Shown: positions 30,597 to 47,712 of the stretch, piece after piece
How the letters are laid out: each line of letters starts with the position of its first letter
Position numbering within the stretch: position 1 is the first letter of the stretch
Translations under genes and position numbers: made by a program
The notes under the pieces: generated by a model
Seen by the model: the letters and a program-made list of their open reading frames with translations, nothing else
The model's database searches: none
What the model was told of the DNA's origin: nothing
DNA from: Eledone cirrhosa
Taxonomy: Eukaryota
Direction of reading: 5' to 3'
Assembly: GCA_964016885.1 (NCBI GenBank)
Contig: OZ024741.1
Coordinates: forward strand, 222,704,001-222,768,000
Length of the DNA stretch: 64,000 nt

Positions 30597-30814
30597 ATTG
30601 TTATACTTTGGGAGGGTCATGTTGCCAATAAGAAACACACGCACCAGTTGCTTTCACTGCAATTCCTAAATTTATAAATTTATTATAATAAATTGAAGTG
30701 AAAGCAACTGGTGCGTGTGTTTCTTATTGGCAACATGACCCTCCCAAAGTATAACAATATCGGTTTCAACACACGTTTTCAGATAAAGAATCTTGCTAAA
30801 CAAATTCAGAAACG

Positions 30815-30820
<6 letters not shown>
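30597..30820. repeat. Fold-back unit; relatives at 37236-37385, 25330-25395 and 24150-24200
   Basis: ~62-bp perfect inverted arms between (TA)n tracts. Confidence 0.85.
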
Positions 30821-30878
<58 letters not shown>

Positions 30879-30879
30879 T

Positions 30880-31458
30880 AAAGGTTAATTAGTCTCTAAT
30901 ACTTAAATATTTCAATGAGTGGATAAAATAATTAGATAAGATATCATTCAGAGAAATAATATTATATATTAAATTTAAGTGAAAAGGCCAGACAGACAAC
31001 AAATATTTTACTTATTTTCGCTTATATAAAGATCTCTCTACCATGGTTTCGTTTGAGGAAGAATTTATTATTGGAAGCAGCAATAATTGAAGAATCAGCA
31101 ATATTCTTCAGAGGAGTTTTAATTCTTCATAAAATAAGGGGATATTGACCAAGAAATTACGCTGCATGTTGGTCAAAAACATACGTTGTGTAGTTGAACT
31201 ATTAAATGTTCAAAATACCTGTCAACCTATTAGGACTATGCGACTGGCTTATATGGTGCTTCCAATAATAAATTCTTCCGCAAACGAAACTATGGTAGGG
31301 AGATCTTTATATAAGCGAGAATAGCTAAAATATTGTTTTGTCTGTCTGGCACTTTTCACTTAAATTTAATATATGATATTACTTCCCTGAATGATATCTT
31401 ATCTATATATTTTATCCACTCATTGAGATGTTTAAGTATTAGAGACTAATTATCCTTT

Positions 31459-31460
<2 letters not shown>
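30880..31460. repeat. Large fold-back unit with ~205-bp arms
   Basis: 30880-31080 is inverted at 31255-31460, with (TA)n on both sides. Confidence 0.85.
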
Positions 31461-31533
<73 letters not shown>

Positions 31534-31539
31534 AGAGGG

Positions 31540-31928
31540 AGTAGCAATCAAAATAAGAGAACGATATATTAACTTTTCATTATTTTTCTTATTTGACAAA
31601 ATTTTTCCTTTCAAATTTGAAAGAATATTAGTAGTATATATATTTGTCTTGTGCTAAAATATTTTCTAAATAATCAAGGGTATAAACAAGATATTAATGA
31701 TATACCTTTAATTTTTAAAAAATACACTGATTAAAATAAAAGAACACTCTAGTGATCGTTTATATTTTAGTGTAATTACCTGGATTTTCTAGAAATATGT
31801 GGCAACACTTGTCAACAGGGTCGCGCTACCAATATTTTCCATTTTTCTATCAACTCTCGGCAAGATGTCGACCCATTCCAAGTTTCCTGAAGCCCTCCGA
31901 CGTAAAATCGTTCAGATGAAGAGTGATG

Positions 31929-31997
<69 letters not shown>

Positions 31998-33179
31998 CCA
32001 TTGGAAGGAAAGTTAGCCGTTCTAAAAGTGTAATAGCGAGGATATTGAAATTGTATAATGAAACTAACTCATTCACGTCTACGAAGGCCGGCCGTTCACG
32101 TACAGCAAGTCAATGAGTGGACCGCATGATCCACAGAATGTCTATGGGGAACCGCTTCGACACTGTAGCTGGAATATCTCAACAAATCAGCGCTAATTTG
32201 AGCAACGAAGTGTCTCGGTGTACAGTCTCTCGTCGTCTGGCAGAAGTTGGATTGAAATCCCACTCCCCAGCGATCAAACCTCTTATCAGCAACAAAAATA
32301 AAATTCCTAGACTTACCTTTGCCGAGAAACATGTGATGTGAGGTGAAAAAAACTGGTCCAAAGTTCATTTTAGTGATGAAAGTAAGTTTACTTTGGTTGG
32401 TTCAGTTGGTAACCAAAATGAAAGACATAAAACTGAGGAAAGACTTCTTTCTAAGTGTGTCAAAAAGTCTGTAAAATTCGGAGGAGCCGGTGTCATGGTT
32501 TGGGGAATATTCTCAGCAGCCGGAGTGGGGCCTCTGATACACTTAAATGGTACTGTTAATGCTAATGTTACCAGAACACTCCTTCAGCAATACGCCATTG
32601 CCTCTTTACGGGCTTCTCCCAACCAATCAGCCATTTTTATGCAAGATAATGCTCCGTGTCATACTGCAAAACGAGTGAAAAAATTTCTCGCAGATTAGGA
32701 AATAGAAGTTTTGAAATGGCCAGCCCAGAGTCTCAACTTAAATCCAATCGAGAACCTTTGGAAAATCATTGGGGACAACATCATGGCGAAAAACCCAGCT
32801 TCAACCATTGAATTATGGAAGAAACTGGAAGAGAGGAATAATATCACTACAAAATTGTGCAATACCATGGTGAATTCATGTGGATGCAGATGTGCCGAAG
32901 TCATCCAAAGCAAGGACCTCTACACTTCCTATTGATGTTTGAGAATGCATAAACCCTAGTTTGTAGACTAAATCTCATGTTTAATTGTTTTCGTTCTCTT
33001 ATTTTAATCACTATTTTTTCAAAATTAAATGTATATCATTAATATCTTGTGTATACCCTTGATTATTTAGAAAGTATTTTAGCACAAGACAGATATATAT
33101 ACGACGAATATTCTTTCAAATTTTAAAGGAAAATGTTTGTCAAATACGAAAATAGATTTAAAAATTAATTTATCGTTCT

Positions 33180-33183
<4 letters not shown>
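31540..33183 (+). mobile_element. Tc1 transposon (~1.64 kb) with long IR/DR-type TIRs
   Basis: ~200-bp TIRs at 31540-31747 and 32990-33183, with an internal AAAATAAGAGAAC-like direct repeat. An extra partial TIR lies at 33230-33318. Confidence 0.93.
31865..32935 (+). pseudogene. Inactivated Tc1 DD34E transposase
   Basis: HTH region, FSDESKF, VMVWG, QDNAPCH-x-NPIENLW with 34 residues between D and E. Disrupted by stops, frameshifts and a (CT)n insert at 31930-31994. Confidence 0.93.
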
Positions 33184-33232
<49 letters not shown>

Positions 33233-33334
33233 GCAATCAAAATAAGAGAACGATAAATTAATTTTTTTATCTATTTTCGTATTTGACAAAAGTTTTCCTT
33301 TAAAATTTGAAAGAATATATATATATATATAATA

Positions 33335-36300
33335 AAATAATAGTAGGCTGGACTGGTGTAAATCCTTGAAAGATTTATTATACCATGATCATTTCAATGA
33401 CCGGGTTCAGTATGGATCCGGTGACATCATCAGGTATTCAAAATATAACAAAGGAATATAACAGATAAAATTTATGGGGCGGAAAATCAGAGACAAGAGA
33501 ACAACCGACCATTTAGCAGCTTCTGCCTCGGTCGGCCGCCCTCAAGTGTTGATTATTAAGTCTACTTGTGACCGTCTGGTGAGGGGGCGCAAGCTTATAA
33601 TGTGCTACTACCTCCCCATCAAAGAGAAATGTCAGCGTTGAGGTCATGCCTTAATCAAGCTGATCATGCGTGCTCGAAATTGCCGCGAAAAATGTTTTTT
33701 CAAGGAACATATATCTTCAACAAAGACATATATAGTGGGCGTCTGTATGGTATAATATGTAGACAGAAATTTCGGGTAACAATTAGAAACGTTAAACTTA
33801 TGTTTAGAGTTATAGGATGAAATTAGAAAAATAAGGTTTAAGGTTTGGGTTGTGAGATTTAGTTAAAGAATTTACAGAAGGAGGCTTTTATGGAAAGGTT
33901 TAAGTGTATTATAGATAGTCACGATAAGTTTTCAGGGTAGGATATCGAGTAAAGATTAAGCCTTTGTATAGCGGTCAATAACCAGCGACGACTGCAGACC
34001 CCCGGCTAGCCCTCCCTAACCACGTGCCACCCGTTCCGAGTAATATCGTCTAGCGAAATAAATGGAAATTAATTTTTCCGAGCACTCCAGGAATGTAACT
34101 GTCTTAGGCGTCGGGTGACTAGCAGGAAGTCCGCCACTGCCGGCTGGCCATCGTATATACCAAACGAATACTAGTAATTCACACAGGAGGGGGATTTAGT
34201 TACGTGCTAGTAGAGGGAGGCATAATACAGCTAATAGTTATGATTAAGCCTAGAATTTAAAGGTACCATTTGGCGGTCAAAGCCGGCGGCGCGGCGGGTT
34301 CCAAGTCTGACAGGGCCCCGGGGCGAAGCACCCGTTCCGAGTAATTTTGTTTACCGAAAGAAGGGGAAATTTATTTTTCCAAGCACTCAAGGGAGGTTGA
34401 TCCACCCGAGCGCCTGGTGTGCAGTCGGGAAAGCCGCCACATCCGTCAGATCATCGCGTGTTACCAAACGATTATTATTTATTCACACCCGTGATGTGAG
34501 GTTGAAAACGGTAAAACCCGATGAAATGCCCAAATAGACTATATTTAGTCCCCAGTTAGTCTGGGTTATATGTAGTGTGGTTCTTGGGTGGGTAGGGGGA
34601 GTGAATAAAGATAACCAGATATAAGGGTACAGAGAGTAATATTCTAGGGTCGTGTGCTAATGAGCACAATGATAAGTATATAATGAGAGTAAAGCGAGTA
34701 AATAAATACATAAATAAAAGGAATAATAATCAAAATACATAAATAAAAAGCAAAATACATAAATAAAAATACATAAATAAAATGCAGTCATAACTAGGGT
34801 GGTGATGCATGGAGTAAAACGGAAATGCATAAGAACATATCGAAGAAATCAAAACACAGGGGAAATACAATATAGATCAAGGAGCAGTTGGATAATACAA
34901 GGTTATACATATAGATATAGAGGATGGAAGAGATGGAATGGTATCAGGTGATACCTAGTGTATGTTCGAGTCTTAATATTCAAAGTGAATCCCAAAGGCC
35001 CTGAAGTATAGGATAGAGAATTCAGTCAATACAATACAAGTTATAGTAGAATACGTAGAATTTTTTGAGGAATCTATGAGGTCTGTCGGAGTCTGAATAT
35101 TCCCGACAGAGAAGCAGCAGTGGACCAGGTGGGCGGTAGACAAAGCTCAAAGCAGCCAAAATCCGAATGGTATGTAGATAAGTTAGTCCCATGCTGGCGA
35201 TAGCTGTACACTGGAGTCAGTGCCGCTGTTCATTCCCGCCGAGGTTGACTTTGCCTTTCATCCTTACGGGGTCGATAAAATAAAGTACCAGTAATGCACT
35301 GGGAAATTGCTGGCCTTGTGCCTAAAGTAGAAACAATTATTACATCTGAAAGCGCTCGACATTTCTGGAACATTATTTAGGTTTGTTGGTTCACCACAGG
35401 ATAGAACTGGTCATTCCGTATGGTCAACCTCGATGTAATATTATGGAGAGCACTCAACGTAATGCAACTCACCCGTCTTCGTTTGTGTAGTCGGTGGTGC
35501 GAGTACAAAGTTAACTATTATAAAATAACAGGAGGCTGGACTGGTGTAAATCCTTGAAAGGTTTATTATACCATGATCATTTCAATGACAGGGTTCAGTA
35601 TGGATCCGGTGACATCATCAGGTATTCAAAATATAACAAAGGAATATAACAGATAAAATCCATGGGGCTGAAAATTTGTCGTGACTATCTATAATACACT
35701 TAAACTTTTTCATAAAAGCCTCCTTCTGTAAATTCTTTAACTAAATCTCACAACCCAAACCTTAAACCTTTTTTTTCTAATTTCATCCTATAACTCTAAA
35801 CATAAGTTTAATGTTTCTAATTGTTAACCGAAATTTCTGTCTACACATTATACCATACAGACGCCCACTATATATGTCTTTGTTGAAGATATATGTTCTT
35901 TGAAAAAACATTTTTCGCGGCAATTTCGAGCACGCATGATCAGCTTGATTGAGGCATGACCTCAACGCTGACATTTCTCTTTGACGGGGAGGTAGTAGCA
36001 CATTATAAGCTTGCGCCCCCTCACCAGACGGTCATAAGTAGACTTAATAATCAACACTTGAGGGCGACCGACCGAGGTAGAAGCTGCTAAATGGTCGGTT
36101 GTTCTCTTGTCTCTGATTTTCAACCCCATAAATTTTATCTGTTATATTCCTTTGTTATATTTTGAATACCTGATGATGTCACCGGATCCATACTGAACCC
36201 GGTCATTGAAATGATCATAGTATAATAAACCTTTCAAGGATTTACACCAGTCCATCCTCCTGTTATTTTATAATAATTAACTCCGTACTCGCACCACCGA

Positions 36301-36420
36301 CTACACAAACGAAGACGGCTGAGTTGCATTGCGTTGAGTGCTCTCCATAATATTACATCGAGGTTGACTATACGGAATGACCAGTTCTATCCAGTGGTGA
36401 ACCAACAAACCTAAATAAAT
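33335..36420. mobile_element. Composite PLE-like unit with nested inverted pLTRs
   Basis: 33342-33925 is inverted at 35676-36265, and 35385-35670 is inverted at 36122-36418. Three copies of CTGATGATGTCACCGG..CCGGTCATTGAAAT. A SINE piece lies at 35233-35342. Confidence 0.7.
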
Positions 36421-36436
36421 ATATATATATATATAT

Positions 36437-37204
36437 ATTCCAGCCATCGACCTTGCCACTCTCAGAATATTCAACATCCGGTCTTACAGTCCGTGGAAAA
36501 ACACCCAGGAACATACACACACAAACACTTACACTATTTTCGCAACACGCAACCATACATCCACACCACACAAAAACACACACACACACACGTGCGTATC
36601 CTCACATACCCACAATCAGCCTCCGGACTCCACACGGCCCCTCTCCCCCACCACCTCTGACCCCTCTCCATCTACACGCACACACACACCGACCTTCACC
36701 CCACCCATGTATACACCGGTTTCCCTATTACCCGAACATGGAACCTCGTTCTTCCCCCAACTCACACATTCACATCCACACACACACACGTACACCTACA
36801 CACATACACACACACACGTACACCTACACACATACACACACACACACCACCTTCTTCCCTCCCCGCTCGGAGCCCCGTCTCCCTCTCCCGTCTACACCTC
36901 CTCCACCCACTATCACTCCTACACGCCTCACACCCTTTCACCACTTGTTTCATTTTAATTTTTTTTACCCTCTAAACATTTTTTTCCCTCCTTTTTCAAC
37001 CCTCCCCCCTTTTTAATGTCTTTCCATCACTCCCCCTCACACCCTCGAAACTTTTTTCTTGCCCACTTTTCTCCTGATGAAGGGCTTATGCCCTAAACGT
37101 CGTTCCCCGCCCCCACTCTCAAGCGTGAAACTAATATTAACATTTGTACTGCCTCTTCGCTTCCTAGTTTTTTTTTTGGGGGGGGGGGGGGGGGTTCTGT
37201 CTCA

Positions 37205-37210
<6 letters not shown>
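36437..37210 (+). mobile_element. Probable PLE 3' remnant
   Basis: CTGATGAAGGGCTTATGCCCTAAAC at 37075. The terminal segment is shared with 12722-12790. Confidence 0.5.
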
Positions 37211-37236
<26 letters not shown>

Positions 37237-37779
37237 TTCGTTTCTGAATTTGTTTAGCAAGATTCTTTATCTGAAAACGTGTTGAAACCAATATTGTTAT
37301 ACTTTGGGAGGGTCATGTTGCCAATAAGAAACACACGCACCCGTTGCTTTCACTCCAATTTATTATAAATTAAATTTATAAATTTAAGAATTTATAAATT
37401 TCGGGTTGGTTGGTTGGTTGGTTCCATAACCGGACGGTTGTTCATATATTGTCAAAGTTCTTTCGTCACACATTATGTGACCTCTACAGTGACTGGGGAT
37501 TCTTTTCTTTGTTTTGTGACTCTCCTTTATTCTGTCCTACGCCATCTTGTTTTTGTGTGTGTTGTGCGCTTAGTTTGCGCATGTGTTACATCCGGGTGTC
37601 TGTGTGTGTTTTTATTTGTTTATTTATTATTTATTTACATGTTACTAGTTGGTTGTTTGTTCTATGTGTGTGTGTGTTTTCATTTTGTCCTTAATTTTAA
37701 GTTGTGATGTTGCTATTCCATTCATGTTTTCTATTTAATGTTGGTTGGAGTTCATTTATGTTTGTTGCCTCTGTGCGTT

Positions 37780-38890
<1,111 letters not shown>

Positions 38891-38894
38891 ATAC

Positions 38895-38983
<89 letters not shown>

Positions 38984-39322
38984 AAGATTAGGAAAACTAC
39001 ACACACACATCTACAGAGAGAGTCAGAAAAACAGAGGGAGGGGAAAAGAAAAAGATAGGCCGTTAGACAGAGAGAGATACAATTAAAGTGTTAGTTATTC
39101 AGAGAGAGAGAGAGAGTCGGAAGGACAATGTGACGCGGCAGGGTGTGTGGTTTCTTTGCAGTGGAGTGGTGGGGGCAGGTGTACCTAGCCGGCCGCCATC
39201 CGAACGGGCCAATAAATATATATATATATATATATATATACGGGATAACAAGTTATCGTTATAGGTAATCCAGTTAGAGGTTGTGATATCTACGTACTCT
39301 GATGTGTTGACCAGAGGTAAAT

Positions 39323-39487
39323 AATTGTTTCTACTTTTGGCACAAGGCCAGCAATTAATCCAGTGCATTACTGGTACTTTCTTTTATCGACCCCATAAGG
39401 GATTTTGAACTCAGAATGGCAAGGGCCGTAACTCTATGCATCAAAGCATGGCGTCCAACCCTCTACCGATACTGCCAATTCACCGCT
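39323..39487 (-). mobile_element. tRNA-derived SINE with an internal deletion
   Basis: Same family as 14044-14228. Confidence 0.8.
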
Positions 39488-39608
39488 GGAGATCGAGTGA
39501 CGCAACTTCAAGCGATTAGCGACATCTAGACTCACCTGATCAACGAAACAATTGTCAGTACTTTAAATAAAGCCCCTTATTGTACAGCCAACCATGTTAT
39601 TCTTCATT

Positions 39609-39941
<333 letters not shown>

Positions 39942-39984
39942 AAGAGAGTAAAACAAAGAATCCTTTAATACATCGAAAGTTTTT

Positions 39985-40029
39985 ATTAGCCGACAATGTT
40001 TCGTCCTATTAAGGACTCATCAGGGCAAT
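39985..40029 (-). ncRNA. Minimal hammerhead ribozyme motif with a canonical core
   Basis: The minus strand reads ATTGCC-CTGATGA-GTCCT(TAAT)AGGAC-GAAAC-ATT-GTC-GGC, followed by AATAAA. An inverted copy of the downstream tail lies at 40157-40188. Confidence 0.75.
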
Positions 40030-40285
40030 CAAAACAACAAGAGGTAATTTCGGCAGATACAAGCCAGAAAGTCTGAAGAATATGGAGTGTACATACACTA
40101 ATGTCTTGCAAAGATATACGATAATAAAAATGAAAATAAAGATAAAAATATTAAAGTATTAAAGGATTCTTTGTTTTACTCTCTTAATTTTTTGGCTCTG
40201 TTTAACTGCATTGAGCTATACCTTTTACTGTCATTTCTATAATACGAAGAGGGTGTTTGACTCAAACACGCTCCAGTATCCTAAT

Positions 40286-40402
<117 letters not shown>

Positions 40403-40477
40403 ATATACATATGTATGTATATATATTTTACTAACACTGTTCGTACTGCACTCTTTGTTATTGTTTTTGTTTTTTTA

Positions 40478-40545
<68 letters not shown>

Positions 40546-41258
40546 TGTGCACTTTTACTTAAATGTACGTAGGCACACACTATATACATATGCAAATACA
40601 TACACACATATATGTACACACATATATGTACACACATACATTCACACAAAAATATAGGCGTATATTCACCTATGTTGGAGATGGGGGAATCAGCGGCCTT
40701 CTATGCCATTCTGTGCAGCTTTTTGAAAGAATCAAACATTTCCAAAAAATTCTTAATTTTTATTAATATATTTTTGTCTATCTCTTATTTTAATTTAAAC
40801 CATAAGATGAACGTATTTTAATTGCCAAAGAGTAAAAGAAAATTCAACGAAATAATCCACACTGACAGAAAGCCAGAATTTAAAAAATTAGTAGATCATA
40901 GGAGCCATTTCAGCACTTTCTCCTCTCATGTTTTAGTCCTAATGCGATTCTAGAATGTACATTAAATTCCTGCTTGACTTGAGCAACTTGACTGGTTGGT
41001 GAGAACCCGCAGGGAGTTAGTAAGCCAGTGATTATCAAAATTTTAAGAATATATAATTACGCATTCAATTCCAGTATTAGCAGTCAATACTGCCAATACT
41101 GGAATTGAATAATCAAGACCGTAGCGGTATGTCATATATCAAATCATATATTTTGTCTGATGAGGACGTACTGAAAAAAATAACACAATACCTTTGAAAT
41201 ATATATAATAAAGTATATATTTTGATTATGAGAATATTTTTCATTTGTTAACAGTTTG

Positions 41259-41294
<36 letters not shown>

Positions 41295-41467
41295 ATATAC
41301 AATTATCAGCAATTAAATGATTTGAACATAACTTTGATATTTGTGTAATTTATATTCCTGCTCTGTAAAACGCCTGATGTTCTTACATTCTTACTGGTGA
41401 TAAGGTAGTAATAAATTACTGACCTTCCCTGTTTATGGTATATACATAACTATAAATAATATCATTA

Positions 41468-41835
41468 TTGGCTGTATCGGTAGAGGGTCGGACGCCATGC
41501 TTTGACGCATAGAGTTACGGCCCTTTATGATCTGAGTTCAAATCCCGCCGAGGTTGACTTTGCCTTTCATCCTTACGGGGGTCGATAAAATAAAGTACCA
41601 GTAATGCACTGGGTAATTGCTGGCCTTGTGCCAAAAGTAGAAACAATTATTGGCAGTATCGGTAGAGGGTCGGACGCCATGCTTTCCAGCATAGTTACGT
41701 CCCTTTATGATCTGAGTTCAAATCCCGCCGAGGTTGACTTTGCCTTTCATCCTTACGGGGGTCGATAAAATAAAGTACCAGTAATGCACTGGGTAATTTG
41801 CTGGCCTTGTGCCTAAAGTAGAAACAATTATTATT
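41468..41835 (+). mobile_element. Head-to-tail SINE dimer
   Basis: Two adjacent ~180-bp copies followed by an (ATT)n tail. Confidence 0.88.
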
Positions 41836-41859
41836 ATTATTATATACATATATATATAA

Positions 41860-41895
<36 letters not shown>

Positions 41896-41935
41896 GCACG
41901 CACGCACGCACACGCACGCACGCACGCACACACAC

Positions 41936-43151
<1,216 letters not shown>

Positions 43152-44591
43152 TTACACTTCTTGTTTTTACATTACTTACACTTCTTGTTTTTACATTACT
43201 TACACTTCTTGTTTTTACATTACTTACACTTCTTGTTTTTACATTACTTACACTTCTTGTTTTTACATTACTTACACTTCTTGTTTTTACATTACTTACA
43301 CTTCTTGTTTTTACATTACTTACACTTCTTGTTTTTACATTACTTACACTTCTTGTTTTTACATTACTTACACTTCTTGTTTTTACATTACTTACACTTC
43401 TTGTTTTTACATTACTTACACTTCTTGTTTTTACATTACTTACACTTCTTGTTTTTACATTACTTACACTTCTTGTTTTTACATTACTTACACTTCTTGT
43501 TTTTACATTACTTACACTTCTTGTTTTTACATTACTTACACTTCTTGTTTTTACATTACTTACACTTCTTGTTTTTACATTACTTACACTTCTTGTTTTT
43601 ACATTACTTACACTTCTTGTTTTTACATTACTTACACTTCTTGTTTTTACATTACTTACACTTCTTGTTTTTACATTACTTACACTTCTTGTTTTTACAT
43701 TACTTACACTTCTTGTTTTTACATTACTTACACTTCTTGTTTTTACATTACTTACACTTCTTGTTTTTACATTACTTACACTTCTTGTTTTTACATTACT
43801 TACACTTCTTGTTTTTACATTACTTACACTTCTTGTTTTTACATTACTTACACTTCTTGTTTTTACATTACTTACACTTCTTGTTTTTACATTACTTACA
43901 CTTCTTGTTTTTACATTACTTACACTTCTTGTTTTTACATTACTTACACTTCTTGTTTTTACATTACTTACACTTCTTGTTTTTACATTACTTACACTTC
44001 TTGTTTTTACATTACTTACACTTCTTGTTTTTACATTACTTACACTTCTTGTTTTTACATTACTTACACTTCTTGTTTTTACATTACTTACACTTCTTGT
44101 TTTTACATTACTTACACTTCTTGTTTTTACATTACTTACACTTCTTGTTTTTACATTACTTACACTTCTTGTTTTTACATTACTTACACTTCTTGTTTTT
44201 ACATTACTTACACTTCTTGTTTTTACATTACTTACACTTCTTGTTTTTACATTACTTACACTTCTTGTTTTTACATTACTTACACTTCTTGTTTTTACAT
44301 TACTTACACTTCTTGTTTTTACATTACTTACACTTCTTGTTTTTACATTACTTACACTTCTTGTTTTTACATTACTTACACTTCTTGTTTTTACATTACT
44401 TACACTTCTTGTTTTTACATTACTTACACTTCTTGTTTTTACATTACTTACACTTCTTGTTTTTACATTACTTACACTTCTTGTTTTTACATTACTTACA
44501 CTTCTTGTTTTTACATTACTTACACTTCTTGTTTTTACATTACTTACACTTCTTGTTTTTACATTACTTACACTTCTTGTTTTTACATTAC
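43152..44591. repeat. Perfect 24-bp tandem array (TTACACTTCTTGTTTTTACATTAC) x60
   Basis: 1440 bp; I saw no variant unit. Confidence 0.98.
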
Positions 44592-44662
44592 CAACCTGCG
44601 CACTTCGTTGAGTGCTCCAATCTGCATATTGAAGTGTCGGCAAACAACCAACATATACTCAA

Positions 44663-44778
44663 TCTGAGTTCAAATCCCGCCGAGGTTGACTTTGCCTTTC
44701 ATCCTTACGGGGTCGATAAAATAAAGTGCCAGTAATGAACTGGGTAATTGCTGGCTTTGTGCCTAAAGTAGAAACAAA
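44663..44778 (+). mobile_element. 5'-truncated SINE
   Basis: Same family as 14044-14228. Confidence 0.8.
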
Positions 44779-44852
44779 TATTATATATATATATATACGA
44801 AATTCAAATATATATTTGTATACAGCTATGTTCGAAGCTAAATTCTAATTAA

Positions 44853-45019
<167 letters not shown>

Positions 45020-45072
45020 TATTGCCTATTTCAACAGTAGACTGAATAGGTGACCTGATTTAGCACCATAAC

Positions 45073-45218
45073 CTGTCCTGTGTCTACATAGAGCGGTGTC
45101 CTCAACAATGCTGTTGTAAACATTCAAGTTATATCTTCGTTTTGAGGATACCTCTCCCACACCAATCCCAGAAACCACGAAAGGAATTATGGCTAGTGCC
45201 TTTTTCTCCTTGACTAAA
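45073..45218 (-). other. Candidate 146-bp host exon
   Basis: Acceptor TTTGTTTTTATTTTACAG and donor CAG|GTTATG. One frame is open (LVKEKKALAIIPFVVSGIGVGEV...). No homology recognised. Confidence 0.22.
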
Positions 45219-45344
45219 CTGTAAAATAAAAACAAACGTAGGACAAATAAAATACCCCTAGATATTTAATTGTGGTCTGGGGCGAACTTGTGAACTTAGA
45301 ATAATCATAAAACTAATAATTTTTTTTTTGTTGTTGTTTCTAAT

Positions 45345-46220
45345 TTAGTTACAAAATCAGAAATTTGGGGGAGGAGAACGTTGATTACATCGATCCCAGT
45401 TATTAACTAGTTCTTTAATTTATTGATCCCAGAAGGATGAAAGGCAAAGTTGACCTCAGTGGGATTTGAACTCAATACGTAAAAAGCTTGAGCAAATACC
45501 GCAAAACATTTGACCGAAACTTTAACGATTTTTTTCAACCCACCTTCAATAAGGGTTTCTTATATAGGCACAAGGCCAGCAATTTTGGGGGAGGGGAAAG
45601 TCGGTAAATCAACACCAGTGCGTGACTGGTACTTTATTTTATCGACCCCGTAAGGATGAAAGGCAAAGTTAACCTCGGCAGGATTTGAACTCAGATCATA
45701 AAGCGGCGTAACTCTATGCTGCAAAGCATGGCGTCCAACGCTCTACCGATACTGCCAATCCACCGCCCTCACCACCCTTAATAATGATTTCTAGTATAGG
45801 CACAAGGCCAGTAATTGGGGGAGGGGAAACTCGATTAAATCGGCCCCAGTACGTTACTGGTACTTTATTTCATCGACCCCGTAAGGATGAAAGGCAAAGT
45901 TAACCTCGGCGGGATTTGAACTCAGACCGTAAAGCGGTGTAACTCTATGCTGCAAAGCATGGTGTCCGACTCCCTAGCGATACTGCCATTCCAACCGTCC
46001 TCACCACCCTCAATAATAAATGCTAATTTAGGCACAATGCCAGTCATTTGGATGAGAGGAAAGGCGATTATATGGACCACAGTACTTGACTGGTACTTTG
46101 ATTTATCGACCATGAAAGGATGAGGTCGACGGAATTTGAACTCAGATCGTTAATCGCTGCAACAAGTACTACAAAGTATTTATCTAGCGTTCTAACGATT
46201 CTGCTAAACCATCGCCCTTT
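45345..46220 (-). mobile_element. Tandem cluster of four SINE copies (~200-230 bp each)
   Basis: The GGATGAAAGGCAAAGT..GATTTGAACTC core recurs near 45435, 45654 and 45885, with a degenerate version near 46115. The inner pair is most alike. Confidence 0.85.
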
Positions 46221-46436
46221 ATAAAACTGATAATAATAAATTTACTTTAATTAGATGACAAAAACAGACAGAATTACAAATAAGAAAGAAGTAAAGAAGA
46301 AAAAGTAAAATAAGTAGAAATGGAAAAAAAGAAAGTAAAGATAAAAAGACAAAGAAATTTTGACCTTGAGTCTAGACATGAAGTGATAGGGTGAGGGGGG
46401 GGACTGAAAAACTACTTAAAGCTCAACTTCTGTTTG

Positions 46437-46504
46437 ATAAACATCAGACTGTAGTGTGTGTGTGTATATGTGTATGTGTGTGTGCAAAGGGGGGGGTGTA
46501 TGTG

Positions 46505-46545
<41 letters not shown>

Positions 46546-46661
46546 ATGTATGTGTACGTGGATACATATATGTGTGTGCGTATATCTGTATGCGTATATA
46601 TATATATATATATATACATTATGTACGTATACATATATACATATAATATATGTATATATAA

Positions 46662-46717
<56 letters not shown>

Positions 46718-46747
46718 GTGTGTGTTTATACACACATGCACACACAC

Positions 46748-46799
<52 letters not shown>

Positions 46800-46872
46800 T
46801 ATATATATGTGTGTGTGTGTGTGTACATGTGTGTATAAACACACACATATATATATGTACATATATATATAA

Positions 46873-46928
<56 letters not shown>

Positions 46929-47145
46929 TTATATATACATATATTATATGTATATATGTATACGTACATATTGTATATATATATATACGCATACAGATAT
47001 ACGCACACACATATATGTATCCACGTACACATCCTATATACACATATACAGACATGTATATATATATAGAAACACATAAAACTAACCCCCCCCCCCTTGC
47101 ACACACACATACACACACACACACACACTACAGTCTGATGTTTAT
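46437..47145. repeat. Inverted duplication of a microsatellite-rich block
   Basis: ATAAACATCAGACTGTAGTG...GCAAAGGGGGGGG is mirrored by CCCCCCCCTTGC...CACTACAGTCTGATGTTTAT. Confidence 0.85.
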
Positions 47146-47411
47146 ATATATATATATATGTATGTATATATTCATACATATAAATATATATATATATACA
47201 CACATAAATATGTATATACATATATAAAAACAAAAATTACTTAGATGTCTGTGAGTATCTAAGTGTATTAATATATTGATATTTGTGTGGGTACACTTAC
47301 ATATATATATATATACATATATACATAAATACTAATGTGTGTGCGCGTGTGTGTATGATATATATGTGTGTGTGTGTGATATATACATACACACACACAG
47401 ACACACACATG

Positions 47412-47445
<34 letters not shown>

Positions 47446-47522
47446 TAAAAAAATATATATATATATATACAGTCACACATATGTATATATATTTATATAT
47501 ATACACACATACATACACACAC

Positions 47523-47597
<75 letters not shown>

Positions 47598-47712
47598 TAC
47601 ACACATATACGCACGCACATACACACATACTTACACACATACTGTCTTTGTTTTTTTCAACAGAAATATGATATATTATGTCTGATTAGTTGGAAGGGTG
47701 GGGAGGTTGGAA

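Noticed and set aside
33602-36001. Paired 72-aa MLLPP ORFs
   Set aside because: Both lie in the arms of one recent inverted duplication, start at GTG/TTG-type codons and have no recognisable domain.
43152-44591. CRISPR array or canonical telomere
   Set aside because: No spacers, no cas genes and a eukaryotic context; the unit is not TTAGGG-like.
47643-47663. Strong + strand splice acceptor (TGTCTTTGTTTTTTTCAACAG) feeding the Gly/Ser frame
   Set aside because: An in-frame TGA at 47683-47685 blocks coding continuity. It could only precede a UTR segment or a short terminal exon.
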